This document shows positions 27,181-37,137 of a stretch of DNA of 64,000 nt, piece after piece. The notes beneath the pieces are model-generated. The model saw only the letters and a program-made list of their open reading frames with translations, did not search any database and was not told the DNA's origin. Source of the stretch: Candidatus Omnitrophota bacterium (GTDB lineage: Bacteria; Omnitrophota; Gorgyraeia; VGKH01; JBHPFN01). A program made the translations under genes and the position numbers. The DNA lies in contig JBHPFN010000003.1 in assembly GCA_042571725.1 (NCBI GenBank), positions 2,245 to 66,244 on the forward strand. Direction: 5' to 3'. Positions within the stretch are counted from its first letter, which is position 1, and each line of letters begins with the position of its first letter.

Positions 27181-27684
27181 TTATAATTCAATCCCTTTGC
27201 GCGCTACAATACCTTTTCTAAAGGGGTGTTTCACATCTTTCATTTCTGTTACGTAATCGGCAAGTTGGATTAATTTCTTAGGTGCTGATCTACCCGTTAA
27301 AATTATTTCAGATTTTTTTGTATATTCATTAATGAAAGTAATTACATTGCTAAGGTTGAGAAGTTTTAAGCTTAAGGCAATATTGATTTCATCGAGCAAG
27401 ATCACATCGTAGTTTCTCTTTTTGGTTTCTTTTATCATTCTGTTAAATCCTTTGCGTGCACGATCAATATCTTGCTGAGAAGGCTTTTTCTTGATAAAGC
27501 ATTTGCTCCCGCAATGGGTAATGCGTGCATTTTTTAGCTGAAGAATAGCCTTTGCTTCTGCACTACGCACACCTTTAGCAAATTGAGTAATATATACTTT
27601 TCTCCCTGCTCCGAGTGCTCGTAAGGCAAGCCCGAATGCTGCAGTGGTTTTCCCTTTGCCGTTACCCGTATAGACGTGTATCAT
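27181..27684 (-). CDS. cobO: Cob(I)yrinic acid a,c-diamide adenosyltransferase
   Basis: 167 aa. IHVYTGNGKGKTTAAFGLALRALG is present. Confidence 0.85.
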   Translation of the reverse strand: MIHVYTGNGKGKTTAAFGLALRALGAGRKVYITQFAKGVRSAEAKAILQLKNARITHCGSKCFIKKKPSQQDIDRARKGFNRMIKETKKRNYDVILLDEINIALSLKLLNLSNVITFINEYTKKSEIILTGRSAPKKLIQLADYVTEMKDVKHPFRKGIVARKGIEL

Positions 27685-27685
27685 T

Positions 27686-28165
27686 TCAGAGTTTCTTAAT
27701 AAACATAGGTAAATTTAAAACGCCTACGCTTACCAAGCTTACCAGTATTCCTGCCAGGAGCATGCCACATACAATTGCTATAAATGCGTATCGGAATTTT
27801 ATTTTAAACAATATTGCTGCCACGGTTCCTGTCCATATGCCAGAACCCGGTAGCGGAATAGCCACAAATAGAGCAAGTCCCAATGCCTCATATTTTTCCA
27901 CGAGGTGAGCTTTTTTCTTTGTCTTTTCAAAGAACCATTCGAAAAATTTTTTCCACAGAACGAAATTTCTCAATTTGTTTGATAGTGGTTCTAGTAATAA
28001 TAAAAGAGGAATAATGGGAACGAAATTGCCGATTACTGAAAGCGTGAATACCTTTATAAGCTGCTCCTGCCCCCAATAATACAATCCTAAAGGAATAGAG
28101 GCGCGCAATTCAAATACGGGTAATGCTGCCACCGCTAAAATCTTTAACTCGTTAGTTCCAACCAT
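27686..28165 (-). CDS. Putative small multidrug export family membrane protein (COG2426-like)
   Basis: 159 aa with 4 TM segments. PVFELRASIPLG is the signature. Confidence 0.65.
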   Translation of the reverse strand: MVGTNELKILAVAALPVFELRASIPLGLYYWGQEQLIKVFTLSVIGNFVPIIPLLLLLEPLSNKLRNFVLWKKFFEWFFEKTKKKAHLVEKYEALGLALFVAIPLPGSGIWTGTVAAILFKIKFRYAFIAIVCGMLLAGILVSLVSVGVLNLPMFIKKL

Positions 28166-28790
28166 GTTTACCTATAAGCGGCACAAAGGTGCAGCCGCAT
28201 TCATTGTGAGTACTGTACTTGTCTTGAGTTTTTTCTACGATCGTCAATGTTTGTGAGTAGCTGTCACCTACGGGGATGGCAATTTTACCGTTATTACCCA
28301 GCTGTTCTTTAAGTGTTTCCGGAATGCGAGGTGCACCCGCAGCAACGATAATGGCATCAAAAGCAGCGTGTTCTTTCCAGCCCAGCGTTCCGTCTGAAAC
28401 CTTTATGTGCACATTTGCGAAACCAAGCTTCTGCAAAATAGCTTTCGCACGATCAGCTAATATCTGAATTCTTTCTATTGAATACACTTCTTTGCATAAA
28501 GCGGCAAGGATTGCTGTTTGGTACCCAGACCCCGTACCAATCTCTAGCACCTTCTCGCCTCCTTTTAGCCCTAAGCATTGAGTCATTAGAGCAACCATGT
28601 ATGGCTGAGAAATGGTCTGGTTTTCACCGATTGGAAGCGGGCAATCATTGTACGCGCTTTTTTTAAATTGCTCTGAAACGAATTCATGGCGAGGGATTTT
28701 TTGAAAGACGCTCAGTACGCGTTGATCGTTAATTCCCCGTTGACTAAGCTGATTTGTGACCATTTGATTTCTTAATGTCTCGAAATCCAT
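28152..28790 (-). CDS. pcm: Protein-L-isoaspartate O-methyltransferase
   Basis: 212 aa. TISQPYMVA and VLEIGTGSGYQTAILA motifs are present. Confidence 0.9.
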   Translation of the reverse strand: MDFETLRNQMVTNQLSQRGINDQRVLSVFQKIPRHEFVSEQFKKSAYNDCPLPIGENQTISQPYMVALMTQCLGLKGGEKVLEIGTGSGYQTAILAALCKEVYSIERIQILADRAKAILQKLGFANVHIKVSDGTLGWKEHAAFDAIIVAAGAPRIPETLKEQLGNNGKIAIPVGDSYSQTLTIVEKTQDKYSTHNECGCTFVPLIGKHGWN

Positions 28791-29443
28791 GTCTTCCTTA
28801 TGATGAAACGCAAAAATCGTAACGTATCGATAATTGGATTAATCTTGCTTGTCTGACCCTGATAAATACTCTTTATGGATACTGAGTCAATGGTGTATCC
28901 GGCTCTGCTTGCTTCGATTAAAATCTCTGATTCTATTTCATATTTCTTTGAAATAAGCCGCATCTTTCTAAGAACATCGGCGCCAATATATCGATAGCCA
29001 CATTGGCTATCGGGGATATTTTGTCGACTCATGGAAGAAATAATCATAGACATAAAATTATTCGTACACCACCTGACAAAAGGCATGTTGTCTGGCTTTT
29101 TCATCCTATTGCCGACTATAATGCCTGCTTTTGATGTCTGGGATTTCTTTAGGAAATCAGGAATGTTTGTCGGATCGTGCTGGCCATCGCCATCCATAAC
29201 AATAACTCCTGTGTAGCCCTCTTCCAGGGCAAATTCAAAACCCTTGCGCAAGGACATCCCTTTGCCTAGATTGATATCATTTTTGATAACAATCGCACCT
29301 TGCTTTTTCGCAAGACTACCGGTATCATCTGCGGAGCCGTCATCGATAACGAGCACATCCAAATTTAATTGTTTGATCTTTTTAACTAATCTTCCAATAT
29401 TCTTTGCTTCGTTTTTTGAGGGAATAATAACACAGATTTTCAT
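28772..29443 (-). CDS. Family 2 glycosyltransferase (Dpm1/polyprenol-phosphate sugar transferase-like)
   Basis: 223 aa. MKICVIIPSKNE, VIDDGSADDT and DGDGQHDP motifs are present. Confidence 0.8.
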   Translation of the reverse strand: MKICVIIPSKNEAKNIGRLVKKIKQLNLDVLVIDDGSADDTGSLAKKQGAIVIKNDINLGKGMSLRKGFEFALEEGYTGVIVMDGDGQHDPTNIPDFLKKSQTSKAGIIVGNRMKKPDNMPFVRWCTNNFMSMIISSMSRQNIPDSQCGYRYIGADVLRKMRLISKKYEIESEILIEASRAGYTIDSVSIKSIYQGQTSKINPIIDTLRFLRFIIRKTWISRH

Positions 29444-30291
29444 TGTTCAATCCAGAACTTTCTAAACATAAGCCATTGAGTTGGGTAGGCTCTAATGTAC
29501 GATTCAATGATCGATACACATTTCTGCGTATATGCAGAAAGAGCTTCTTTATCATCAGCATTCTTAGGGGGCTCAATGGGTTTTCCAAAGATAAATCTAA
29601 AATAATCGTCATGTTTTCTGATAAGAAAGATTGGCACAATCGGTGCCTTTGTTTTTACTGAAAAAACTGCTGCTCCCTTAGGTATCATCGTCTTTTTCCC
29701 GAAGAAATCCATAACAAAACCGCTGTTTGCAAAATCGCGGTCACCCGCCACTGCTAAAATATGGTTGTTCTTTAGCGTCTCAAAAGATTTCCTTGCTGCG
29801 CTGCCCAGCGGGATAACTTCGAAGCCCTTGCATCCTCTTTGAAAATTGAATAAGTCATTAACTTTTTTACTTTTATGGGGGAGCGCGATGGCAGCAATAG
29901 GATATCCAAGCATGCTCACAATAACAGCTCCTAGCTCCCAGTTACCAATATGCGCAGATAGGGCAACAACGCCATTGCCTTTCTTTAAGGCATTGTCCAA
30001 ATGATCAAGGCCAACAATCTCAATTTTCTTTTGAATGTACTCCTCGTTTAACAGATGCGTACGGAAAAAGTCAACCAGGTATTTCGCAAAGCTTCTGAAA
30101 ACTTCCTTAGCTTTTTTCGACAAATCGCCTTCAGGTGAAATTATTTTTAGATTTTTAATAACCGCTCTTCTATCTTTTATTGCGAAGTAAAACCGGATAT
30201 CAGCCAGAAAGCGCGCAACTCCATATCTCGCTTTCAAAGGTAGCGACACAGACAAAAATTTTACGATTAAAAATGATAAATAGTTACCCAT
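29440..30291 (-). CDS. LpxL/HtrB-type lysophospholipid / lipid A acyltransferase
   Basis: 283 aa. The SAHIGNWELG (HX4E) acyltransferase motif is present. Confidence 0.75.
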   Translation of the reverse strand: MGNYLSFLIVKFLSVSLPLKARYGVARFLADIRFYFAIKDRRAVIKNLKIISPEGDLSKKAKEVFRSFAKYLVDFFRTHLLNEEYIQKKIEIVGLDHLDNALKKGNGVVALSAHIGNWELGAVIVSMLGYPIAAIALPHKSKKVNDLFNFQRGCKGFEVIPLGSAARKSFETLKNNHILAVAGDRDFANSGFVMDFFGKKTMIPKGAAVFSVKTKAPIVPIFLIRKHDDYFRFIFGKPIEPPKNADDKEALSAYTQKCVSIIESYIRAYPTQWLMFRKFWIEQ

Positions 30292-31399
30292 TGATATTAA
30301 GAATTAGTTTTGCTATCTCTATTGCAGATTCCGGCTTGGCGATTTTTTTTGACTTTATTCTCATTTTGTTAAGTAGTTCTGGGTTTCTCAAAAACCTTTT
30401 AACCAGCTTTGGCACCTCTTCTTCACTATCTACCTTAACCGCAACGCCCTCTTTAAGCAAATACTTTGTGTTATTTTCTTCTTGACCAGGAATCGGTTTC
30501 ATAATAATCATTGGTAGATTTTTCGAAAGCGCCTCCGAAGAAGTCAACCCACCGGGCTTAGAAATCAAAAGTGAAGAAATCTCCATTATCTCATCAATAT
30601 TATTTATATACTCTAAAGCGACAATATTTTTTTGTAATTTATTCTGCATGCTTTTTAGCCACTCGAGAAGCGACGCATTTATCCCTGTAACTACAATTAT
30701 TTGCATGCTTATATCGATTTCATCAAGAAATTGAATAATTTTTTTTACCGGTCCTAGCCCGTGCCCCCCTCCCATTATCAATATGGTCGGTATAGATAAA
30801 TCAATATTAAGTTTTTTAGCGATCTCTTCTCTGTTATGAAGTATGGAGAATTTAGGATGAACAGGTATGCCTAATACCTTGATTCGTTCCCCTGGAATTC
30901 CATCTCGAACAAACCTCTCTTTTGCTTCGTTACATGCTACCACAAAACAATTTACTTGATCGTACAGCCAATACGCATGACCGGCAAAATCAGTTAACAC
31001 CGCAATAAGGGGAATGTCGCGTTCATAGGTGCTTTTATAATCTGCAACCAAGCCACACGGATATGCTTGCGTGCAGACAATCGCATCTGGAGAAAACTGC
31101 TCGATTAATTCATCAATTTTTCTGAAATTTTTTCTATGAATAAATCTTTTCATCCCCTGGAGTCTTTTAAATACCTTTGGGTTATCATAAAGGTGTCCCC
31201 ATATTTGCGGTCTTCCTTTAATTACTTTGAGATAAATCTTATGTATCAACCTTTCGGTGAGAGGATTTGTGTGCTTAAAAGCATTGACTGCCTTTGTCTC
31301 TATTTCGGGATTGAACAGCTTCAGCGCTTGATCGACAGCGTTGACTGCACTGTGGTGACCAGATACATCAGTGATATATAAAAATAAAACCTTTTTCAT
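30284..31399 (-). CDS. MGDG synthase-family (GT28) diacylglycerol glycosyltransferase
   Basis: 371 aa. It has a GHHSAVNAV N-terminal domain and a C-terminal GT-B half (GGGHGLG, KPGGLTSSEA). Confidence 0.8.
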   Translation of the reverse strand: MKKVLFLYITDVSGHHSAVNAVDQALKLFNPEIETKAVNAFKHTNPLTERLIHKIYLKVIKGRPQIWGHLYDNPKVFKRLQGMKRFIHRKNFRKIDELIEQFSPDAIVCTQAYPCGLVADYKSTYERDIPLIAVLTDFAGHAYWLYDQVNCFVVACNEAKERFVRDGIPGERIKVLGIPVHPKFSILHNREEIAKKLNIDLSIPTILIMGGGHGLGPVKKIIQFLDEIDISMQIIVVTGINASLLEWLKSMQNKLQKNIVALEYINNIDEIMEISSLLISKPGGLTSSEALSKNLPMIIMKPIPGQEENNTKYLLKEGVAVKVDSEEEVPKLVKRFLRNPELLNKMRIKSKKIAKPESAIEIAKLILNING

Positions 31400-31436
31400 A
31401 AATAGTGACTCATCTCTAATCCGCCAATGAAGGTAG

Positions 31437-31667
31437 TTATTCTATCGCACCCATCACTTGTCCTACTTTAACCTCATCCCCATCTTGTGATAAAACTTCT
31501 TTTAACCTTCCGGTTGCAGGCGACGGTAGATTAAATGTGGCTTTATCAGTTGCTAATTCTACCAGATCTTCACCTTCCTTAACCTGCTGACCAACCTGAA
31601 AATACCAATAGGACACCGTTGCTTTTTCTATTCCTTCTCCCAGCTCAGGTAATTTAATTTCTGTCAT
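31437..31667 (-). CDS. Stand-alone lipoyl-attachment domain protein
   Basis: 76 aa. It has the E2-type lipoyl domain pattern IKLPELGEGIEKATV...LATDKATFNLPSP (lipoyl-Lys in TDKA) and no catalytic domain. Confidence 0.75.
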   Translation of the reverse strand: MTEIKLPELGEGIEKATVSYWYFQVGQQVKEGEDLVELATDKATFNLPSPATGRLKEVLSQDGDEVKVGQVMGAIE

Positions 31668-31669
31668 TT

Positions 31670-32383
31670 TTACTTTCCCCCTTCCATAATTTCTAAATTA
31701 AATGATTTAACAAAATTGTCAAGCATAACTTGCTTTACTTTACTGATATCGTTGGTGTTTCCGAGAACCGACTCAATCGAGGTCATGGTAATATCCAATC
31801 CGCAAGGCCGTATCATAGAAAAATAACTTAAATCTGTGTTTACGTTTAGCGCAAGACCATGACATGTAATCCAATGATGTACGGCAATGCCTATGGAAGC
31901 AATCTTCTTTCCGTCTATCCATGCCCCTCTAAACGAGGGACGTTTCTCAGCATGCACATTGCATTTTAATAGCGTGGCGATAATTACGTTTTCTAAAGTA
32001 TCGAGGTAAAATTTTAAATCTTTCTTGTAATGAGATAAATTAAAAATCGGGTATACGACTAGTTGTCCTGGTCCGTGATACGTTACTTCTCCGCCTCGGT
32101 CAACACGGTTTACGGATATACCACGTTTTTTTATCCCTTCTTCCCCGCAAAGAATATTGTCTTTTTTTGAAAGCCTTCCGAGCGTAAAGGTATGGGGGTG
32201 CTCGCAGAAAATCAAGGCATCTAATGAGGTTTTGTTCTTTATGCTGGCAAGGAGTTCTTTTTGGAGTGAAAAGGACGCACCATAATCAATTAAACCTAAA
32301 TCAATCAGCCTACAACGGATAGACTTCTCGTGCAGCTTCGGCGATCCCCTCTGATAAGGTTGGGTGAGCAAAGATTGTGTCAT
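31670..32383 (-). CDS. lipB: Octanoyl-[ACP]:protein N-octanoyltransferase
   Basis: RGGEVTYHGPGQLVVYPI, KIASIGIAV and PCGL motifs are present. Candidate starts are TTG 32395, ATG 32383 and TTG 32371; all lie inside the 3' end of lpd. Confidence 0.88.
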   Translation of the reverse strand: MTQSLLTQPYQRGSPKLHEKSIRCRLIDLGLIDYGASFSLQKELLASIKNKTSLDALIFCEHPHTFTLGRLSKKDNILCGEEGIKKRGISVNRVDRGGEVTYHGPGQLVVYPIFNLSHYKKDLKFYLDTLENVIIATLLKCNVHAEKRPSFRGAWIDGKKIASIGIAVHHWITCHGLALNVNTDLSYFSMIRPCGLDITMTSIESVLGNTNDISKVKQVMLDNFVKSFNLEIMEGGK

Positions 32384-33614
32384 GAATTTGGGCAATAGTT
32401 AATTCTGTTTTTACCGCAAGTGTTAGGACTGAGATTAGTTCGGTCGCTGCAGGACCGACTATCGATCCTCCAAGAATCTTTTTAGTGCTTTTATCAAAAA
32501 TTAATTTAATAAATCCATCGGTCTCGTCTAAAATATGAGCCTTTCCCGATGCGAGAAAATTAAATTTTGTAACAGCTGTATCGTATCCTTTATTTCGAGC
32601 CTGATCTTCGCTGAGCCCCACAGAACTAATCTCTGGTTCGGTAAAAATGCAATTGGGCACTGTTGAGTAGTCAGCTTTAACGTTGTCTCCAGCGATATTA
32701 TTGGCAGCAACAATTCCTTCGTAAGCAGCAACATGAGCAAGGAGAAAGCCACCGATACAGTCACCAATAGCATAAATAGAAGGAATATTTGATCTTAAGA
32801 ATTCATCAACGACAATACTGCCTCGCTCGGTCTTTATTCCGGCATTGGCAAGATTCACGCTGTCAATACTCGCTTTTCTACCAACGCAAACAAGTATTGC
32901 GTCAAAAGATTTTTTTTCAACGCTGTCTACATTGGTTTTCGTCATTACTGCGACGCCTCTCTTTTTGAACGACACCTCAATTTTCTTTGAGATTTCCTTA
33001 TCCTCAGTAGGCAAAATTCGCTCAAGCAGCTCAACGATTGTCACCTTCGAACCTAATGTAGAAAAAATGCTAGCGAATTCACAGCCAATAACTCCCCCGC
33101 CAACAATGAGCAAGTTTTTCGGAATCAAATCTATAGAAAGAAGATCTTTGCTGGATAAAATAGTTTTCCCATCAAATTGTAACTGAGGTAATTCTATAGA
33201 TTGAGATCCAGTGGCGATTATAATGATTTTTGTTTTTATTTCTTGATCGCCAACAGCAATGCAATCAGAGCTCTTTAAAGAGGCTGTACCAGAAATTAGG
33301 TCAATTCCCCTATTCTTTAGCTGGAACTCAATGCCTTTTTTGAGACGATTGATTAGCTCTTGTTTTCTTTTCTGAATTTTTTTAAAATCAACAGCTTTTA
33401 TTTCTGAATTAATTCCGAATTTCTCAGATTTTTTAGAGAGAGAAGCGATTTTTGCAGAATGAACCAATGCCTTGGTAGGGATGCAGCCTTGGTGTAAGCA
33501 GACTCCTCCTACGGAATCTTTTTCAATAAGGCAAACATTCAGACCTTTTTTTCGCGCTTCTAGTGCAGCAGTAAATCCTGCCCACCCTGCGCCAATTACA
33601 CTGAGATCGTACAT
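32310..33614 (-). CDS. lpdA: Dihydrolipoyl dehydrogenase (E3)
   Basis: 434 aa. GAGWAG FAD site, redox disulfide CLHQGCIPTK and C-terminal HAHPTLSE are present. Confidence 0.9.
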   Translation of the reverse strand: MYDLSVIGAGWAGFTAALEARKKGLNVCLIEKDSVGGVCLHQGCIPTKALVHSAKIASLSKKSEKFGINSEIKAVDFKKIQKRKQELINRLKKGIEFQLKNRGIDLISGTASLKSSDCIAVGDQEIKTKIIIIATGSQSIELPQLQFDGKTILSSKDLLSIDLIPKNLLIVGGGVIGCEFASIFSTLGSKVTIVELLERILPTEDKEISKKIEVSFKKRGVAVMTKTNVDSVEKKSFDAILVCVGRKASIDSVNLANAGIKTERGSIVVDEFLRSNIPSIYAIGDCIGGFLLAHVAAYEGIVAANNIAGDNVKADYSTVPNCIFTEPEISSVGLSEDQARNKGYDTAVTKFNFLASGKAHILDETDGFIKLIFDKSTKKILGGSIVGPAATELISVLTLAVKTELTIAQIHDTIFAHPTLSEGIAEAAREVYPL

Positions 33615-34513
33615 TGCTTAAGTTCTTTCGCTGAATTAAGAAGCAGTTTTTTCTCTTCGGGATTTAGCTCCAGCTCTATTATCTCTTCAACGCCTTTTTT
33701 TCCCAACTTCACCGGGACTCCAATAAAAACATCATCAAGTTCATATTGGCCCCGTAGATACACAGAGGCGGCAGTAATATCTCCAGAAGAGCTAAGGATT
33801 GAATGTACCATTTTGCACAGTGCTGCAGAAGGTGCAAAATAGGCGCTACCATTTCCAAGGCATGATACGATTCTTGCGCCTCTCTGAACGGTCTGTTCAA
33901 TTAAATCTGCAATTCTTTCTTGAGAAAGCATGTCGGTAAGAGGCGCTCCGTTATGATAGCTAAAGCGCGCTAAGGGAATCATGCCCTTCCCATGCGTACC
34001 GATCACCATTGCATCTACCGTTGAGACGTTGATTTTTAACTCCTGAGCAATCAAATTTGCAAAGCGAGCCGTATCCAAACTGATTCCAAACCCAATGATT
34101 TTCTCTGGGCTAAAGCCAGTCTGCTCGCGAAGGAAGGCAGTCATTATATCGACAGGGTTTGTAACGACAATGGTGATGGGTTGAGAAGATAATGTCTTTA
34201 ATTTAACCGCGACATCTTTAATTATAAGAGCATTATTTTTCACCAGGTCTTCTCTGCTCATGCCTGGTTTGCGGGGGAAACCTGCGGTGATGACAACAAT
34301 ATCTGAACCATCGACATTGCTGAAGTCATCAGCGAAATAAATTTTTCGATTTATCTTATTGCTTGACTCTGCATCCTGTAAATCTAAAACCTTTCCTTCG
34401 AGATTTTTTTTCGCAATATCGACAAGGATGATATCTGCTAGGTCAGAATCTAAGATGCGCATCGCCAGGGTGCTGCCGACTTGTCCAGCGCCTACTATTG
34501 TAACTTTTGGCAT
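33596..34513 (-). CDS. mdh: Malate dehydrogenase (LDH-like family)
   Basis: 305 aa. IVGAGQVGS is present, and [13 protein letters not shown] carries the Arg that specifies oxaloacetate/malate. Confidence 0.9.
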   Translation of the reverse strand: MPKVTIVGAGQVGSTLAMRILDSDLADIILVDIAKKNLEGKVLDLQDAESSNKINRKIYFADDFSNVDGSDIVVITAGFPRKPGMSREDLVKNNALIIKDVAVKLKTLSSQPITIVVTNPVDIMTAFLREQTGFSPEKIIGFGISLDTARFANLIAQELKINVSTVDAMVIGTHGKGMIPLARFSYHNGAPLTDMLSQERIADLIEQTVQRGARIVSCLGNGSAYFAPSAALCKMVHSILSSSGDITAASVYLRGQYELDDVFIGVPVKLGKKGVEEIIELELNPEEKKLLLNSAKELKQCTISV

Positions 34514-35574
34514 ATCGCCTCCGCCATTTCTCGTGTGCCTACTGCAGAAGGATCATCTCTGCGTGGTTTTAAATCGTATGTTACAGATTTTCCTTCAGCT
34601 AACACTGAGCTGACTGCTTTTTCTAACCTATCAGCTGCTTCAAATTCTTTTAAATAGCGCAACATCAGTACGCCAGATAAAATTGTTGCAGCGGGATTTA
34701 CCTTATTTTTCCCCGCATATTTAGGCGCAGCACCGTGCACGGGTTCAAAAAGGGCAATTTTTTCTCCGATGTTTGCTCCAGGGGCAATGCCTAAGCCACC
34801 CACAAGCCCCGCACATAAATCAGAGATGATATCTCCGTATAGGTTTGGTAAAACCAGAACATCAAAATTATGAGGCTTCTGCACTAGCTGCATCGACATA
34901 TTATCAACGATCATCTCTTCGAATTGAACATTTTTGTATTCTTCGGCAACATCTCTTCCAACTTTTAAAAAAAGCCCGTCGGTAAATTTCATAATGTTGG
35001 CTTTGTGTACCAAGGTAACTTTCTTACGATTATTTTTTACTGCATAGTCAAAGGCAAATTTAACAATCCTCCTTGAACCGAAAGCTGAAATAGGTTTAAT
35101 CGAAATTGCCGAGTCACTGCGAATCTTTTTTTCTTGAAGGTTTTCGATATGCTTGATGATTTCTTTTGTTTCTTTTCCCCCTTTTTCAAATTCTACTCCA
35201 GCATATAAATCTTCTGTGTTTTCTCTGACAACCACAATATCAATATCTTTATAGATTGACTTTGTCCCTGGATAGGACTTCGCAGGTCGTAGACATGCGT
35301 ATAAATCAAGGGTTTGTCGAAGCTGCACATTGACTGAGCGAAATCCACCTGCGATCGGGGTGATAATCGGTCCTTTAATCGCAACGGTATCCTTTTTTAT
35401 GGAATCGATGGTTTCTTGCGGCAGAATGGTACCGAATTGTTTTTTAGCGTCTTCTCCTGCGATAGCTTCGTGCCATTCGATTTTTACACCGGTTGCATCA
35501 ACGCACATTTTAGTCGCAGCTGCAACTTCTGGGCCGATTCCATCACCAGGGATAATGGTAATTTTATAACTCAT
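34495..35574 (-). CDS. icd: Isocitrate (or homoisocitrate) dehydrogenase, beta-decarboxylating dehydrogenase family
   Basis: 359 aa. [22 protein letters not shown] closely resembles the E. coli ICDH substrate loop (SxN), more so than the LeuB pattern (from memory). Confidence 0.8.
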   Translation of the reverse strand: MSYKITIIPGDGIGPEVAAATKMCVDATGVKIEWHEAIAGEDAKKQFGTILPQETIDSIKKDTVAIKGPIITPIAGGFRSVNVQLRQTLDLYACLRPAKSYPGTKSIYKDIDIVVVRENTEDLYAGVEFEKGGKETKEIIKHIENLQEKKIRSDSAISIKPISAFGSRRIVKFAFDYAVKNNRKKVTLVHKANIMKFTDGLFLKVGRDVAEEYKNVQFEEMIVDNMSMQLVQKPHNFDVLVLPNLYGDIISDLCAGLVGGLGIAPGANIGEKIALFEPVHGAAPKYAGKNKVNPAATILSGVLMLRYLKEFEAADRLEKAVSSVLAEGKSVTYDLKPRRDDPSAVGTREMAEAICQKLQ

Positions 35575-36071
35575 AGATTAATTTTATTATGTTTTTTGAA
35601 ATGGTTGACGATACCGCCATCAGTAAGCAGGGTTTTTATAATCGCGGGGAGAGGTTTTATTGCTCGTTTCGATTTTTTCTTTTTATTGTATAGAATTCCT
35701 TTTGAAAGATCTATCTCAAGAGAATCAGCATTTGCAATTCCTTTTGTGTTAGTCTCAACCAGCGGTAAGCCGATGTTGAAGGCATTGCGGTAAAATATTC
35801 TCGCGAAGCTTTTTGCAACCACGGCAACCACGCCCGCCGATTTTAAAACCAGTGGTGCTTGTTCACGGGAAGATCCCATGCCGAAGTTGTTGCCGGCAAC
35901 AATAATCGATTTACCCGGTTTTAGCTTCTTATAAAAATTCGGGTCGATATCTTCAAAAACATGCTTACTTAATTCATTCATATCGGTAATCGAAAATTTA
36001 TAGCGGCCAGAAATGATTGCGTCAGTGCTAATATCATTTCCCAGCGTATATGCGGAGCCTTGTATCCTCAT
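35571..36071 (-). CDS. Aconitase-family small subunit (LeuD/HacB type)
   Basis: 166 aa. [14 protein letters not shown] and the swivel-domain pattern are present. The specificity loop reads [10 protein letters not shown]. Confidence 0.8.
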   Translation of the reverse strand: MRIQGSAYTLGNDISTDAIISGRYKFSITDMNELSKHVFEDIDPNFYKKLKPGKSIIVAGNNFGMGSSREQAPLVLKSAGVVAVVAKSFARIFYRNAFNIGLPLVETNTKGIANADSLEIDLSKGILYNKKKKSKRAIKPLPAIIKTLLTDGGIVNHFKKHNKINL

Positions 36072-36072
36072 C

Positions 36073-37119
36073 TTATAAATGCTTAAATTCTTCTGGATTC
36101 TTTATTTTGCTTAAGGCAGTTTCGTAGCTAATAACACCCGCTTGGTATAGCTCTTTTAAGCTTTTGTCCATTGTTTTCATGCCGTACTGGCTTCCTGTTT
36201 GAATCAATGTTGGAATTTGCTCTATCTCTTGTTCGCGCACGAGGTTGCGGATTCCTGGGGTTCCAATCATTATCTCAGTAGACAGCACTCTGCCTTGTCC
36301 GCCAATCCGAGGAAGAAGCAACTGAGATACGACTCCTTGAATACAGTCAGAAAGCTGTAATTTCACTTGTTGTTGTTGGTGGGGAGGAAATACATCAATA
36401 ATTCTCTCTACGGTCTGAGGTGCGTCTGGAGTGTGTAGCGTTGCTAATACAAGATGACCTGTCTCAGCGGCAGTCAGGGCTGTAGCGATTGTTTCCAGGT
36501 CTCTCATTTCTCCTACAACAATAACATCAGGGTCCTGTCGCAAGGTATGAATAAGCGCGTTAGAAAAAGAGTGAGTATCTGAATATACCTCCCGCTGTTT
36601 TATAATGCTCTTTTTATTATAATGAATAAATTCTATGGGATCCTCAATACAGATAATCATATCTTCGCGCTCTTTGTTAATGAGGTCTACCATAATTGCC
36701 AAGGTAGTAGTTTTTCCTACACCCGTAGGTCCAGTAACGAGCACTAACCCATTCGGTTTTCTTGCAAGGTCTAATACGATGTTAGGAATTCCCAGTTTAT
36801 CTGCGCTGGGGATAAAAAGAGGGATTCTTCTAAAGGCTACTTCAACAGAACCCTTTTGAATATGGACGTTTACTCTAAAACGGTCCAATCCAGGTAATGC
36901 AAGAGACATATCGAGTTCTTTGTCTCGCTCGAATATTTCTTTCTGTGAATCCGTTAAAGCACTATAAATCAAGCGCTTCGTATCGTCCCTTGTTAAAGGG
37001 GCGAGTTTCGAGAGCAGTAGCTTTCCATCAATGCGCAGCACCGGTGGAGTATTTTCGGTAAGGTGTAAATCTGATGCATTTTTCTCGACGGTAAGCATCA
37101 ATAGGTCTCTTAATTGCAT
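36073..37119 (-). CDS. pilT: Type IV pilus retraction ATPase PilT
   Basis: 348 aa. ASDLHL, Walker [11 protein letters not shown] and the PilT-type GIRNLVRE motif are present. Confidence 0.9.
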   Translation of the reverse strand: MQLRDLLMLTVEKNASDLHLTENTPPVLRIDGKLLLSKLAPLTRDDTKRLIYSALTDSQKEIFERDKELDMSLALPGLDRFRVNVHIQKGSVEVAFRRIPLFIPSADKLGIPNIVLDLARKPNGLVLVTGPTGVGKTTTLAIMVDLINKEREDMIICIEDPIEFIHYNKKSIIKQREVYSDTHSFSNALIHTLRQDPDVIVVGEMRDLETIATALTAAETGHLVLATLHTPDAPQTVERIIDVFPPHQQQQVKLQLSDCIQGVVSQLLLPRIGGQGRVLSTEIMIGTPGIRNLVREQEIEQIPTLIQTGSQYGMKTMDKSLKELYQAGVISYETALSKIKNPEEFKHL

Positions 37120-37137
37120 TTTTACCTCCTGTTTAAG

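Noticed and set aside
36073-37119. pilT between the aconitase-family subunit genes as a recent mobile insertion
   Set aside because: There are no flanking repeats, transposase or spacer expansion (1-nt and 18-nt junctions). It looks like a stably integrated operon member. The oddity is kept as a finding, not as a mobile element.
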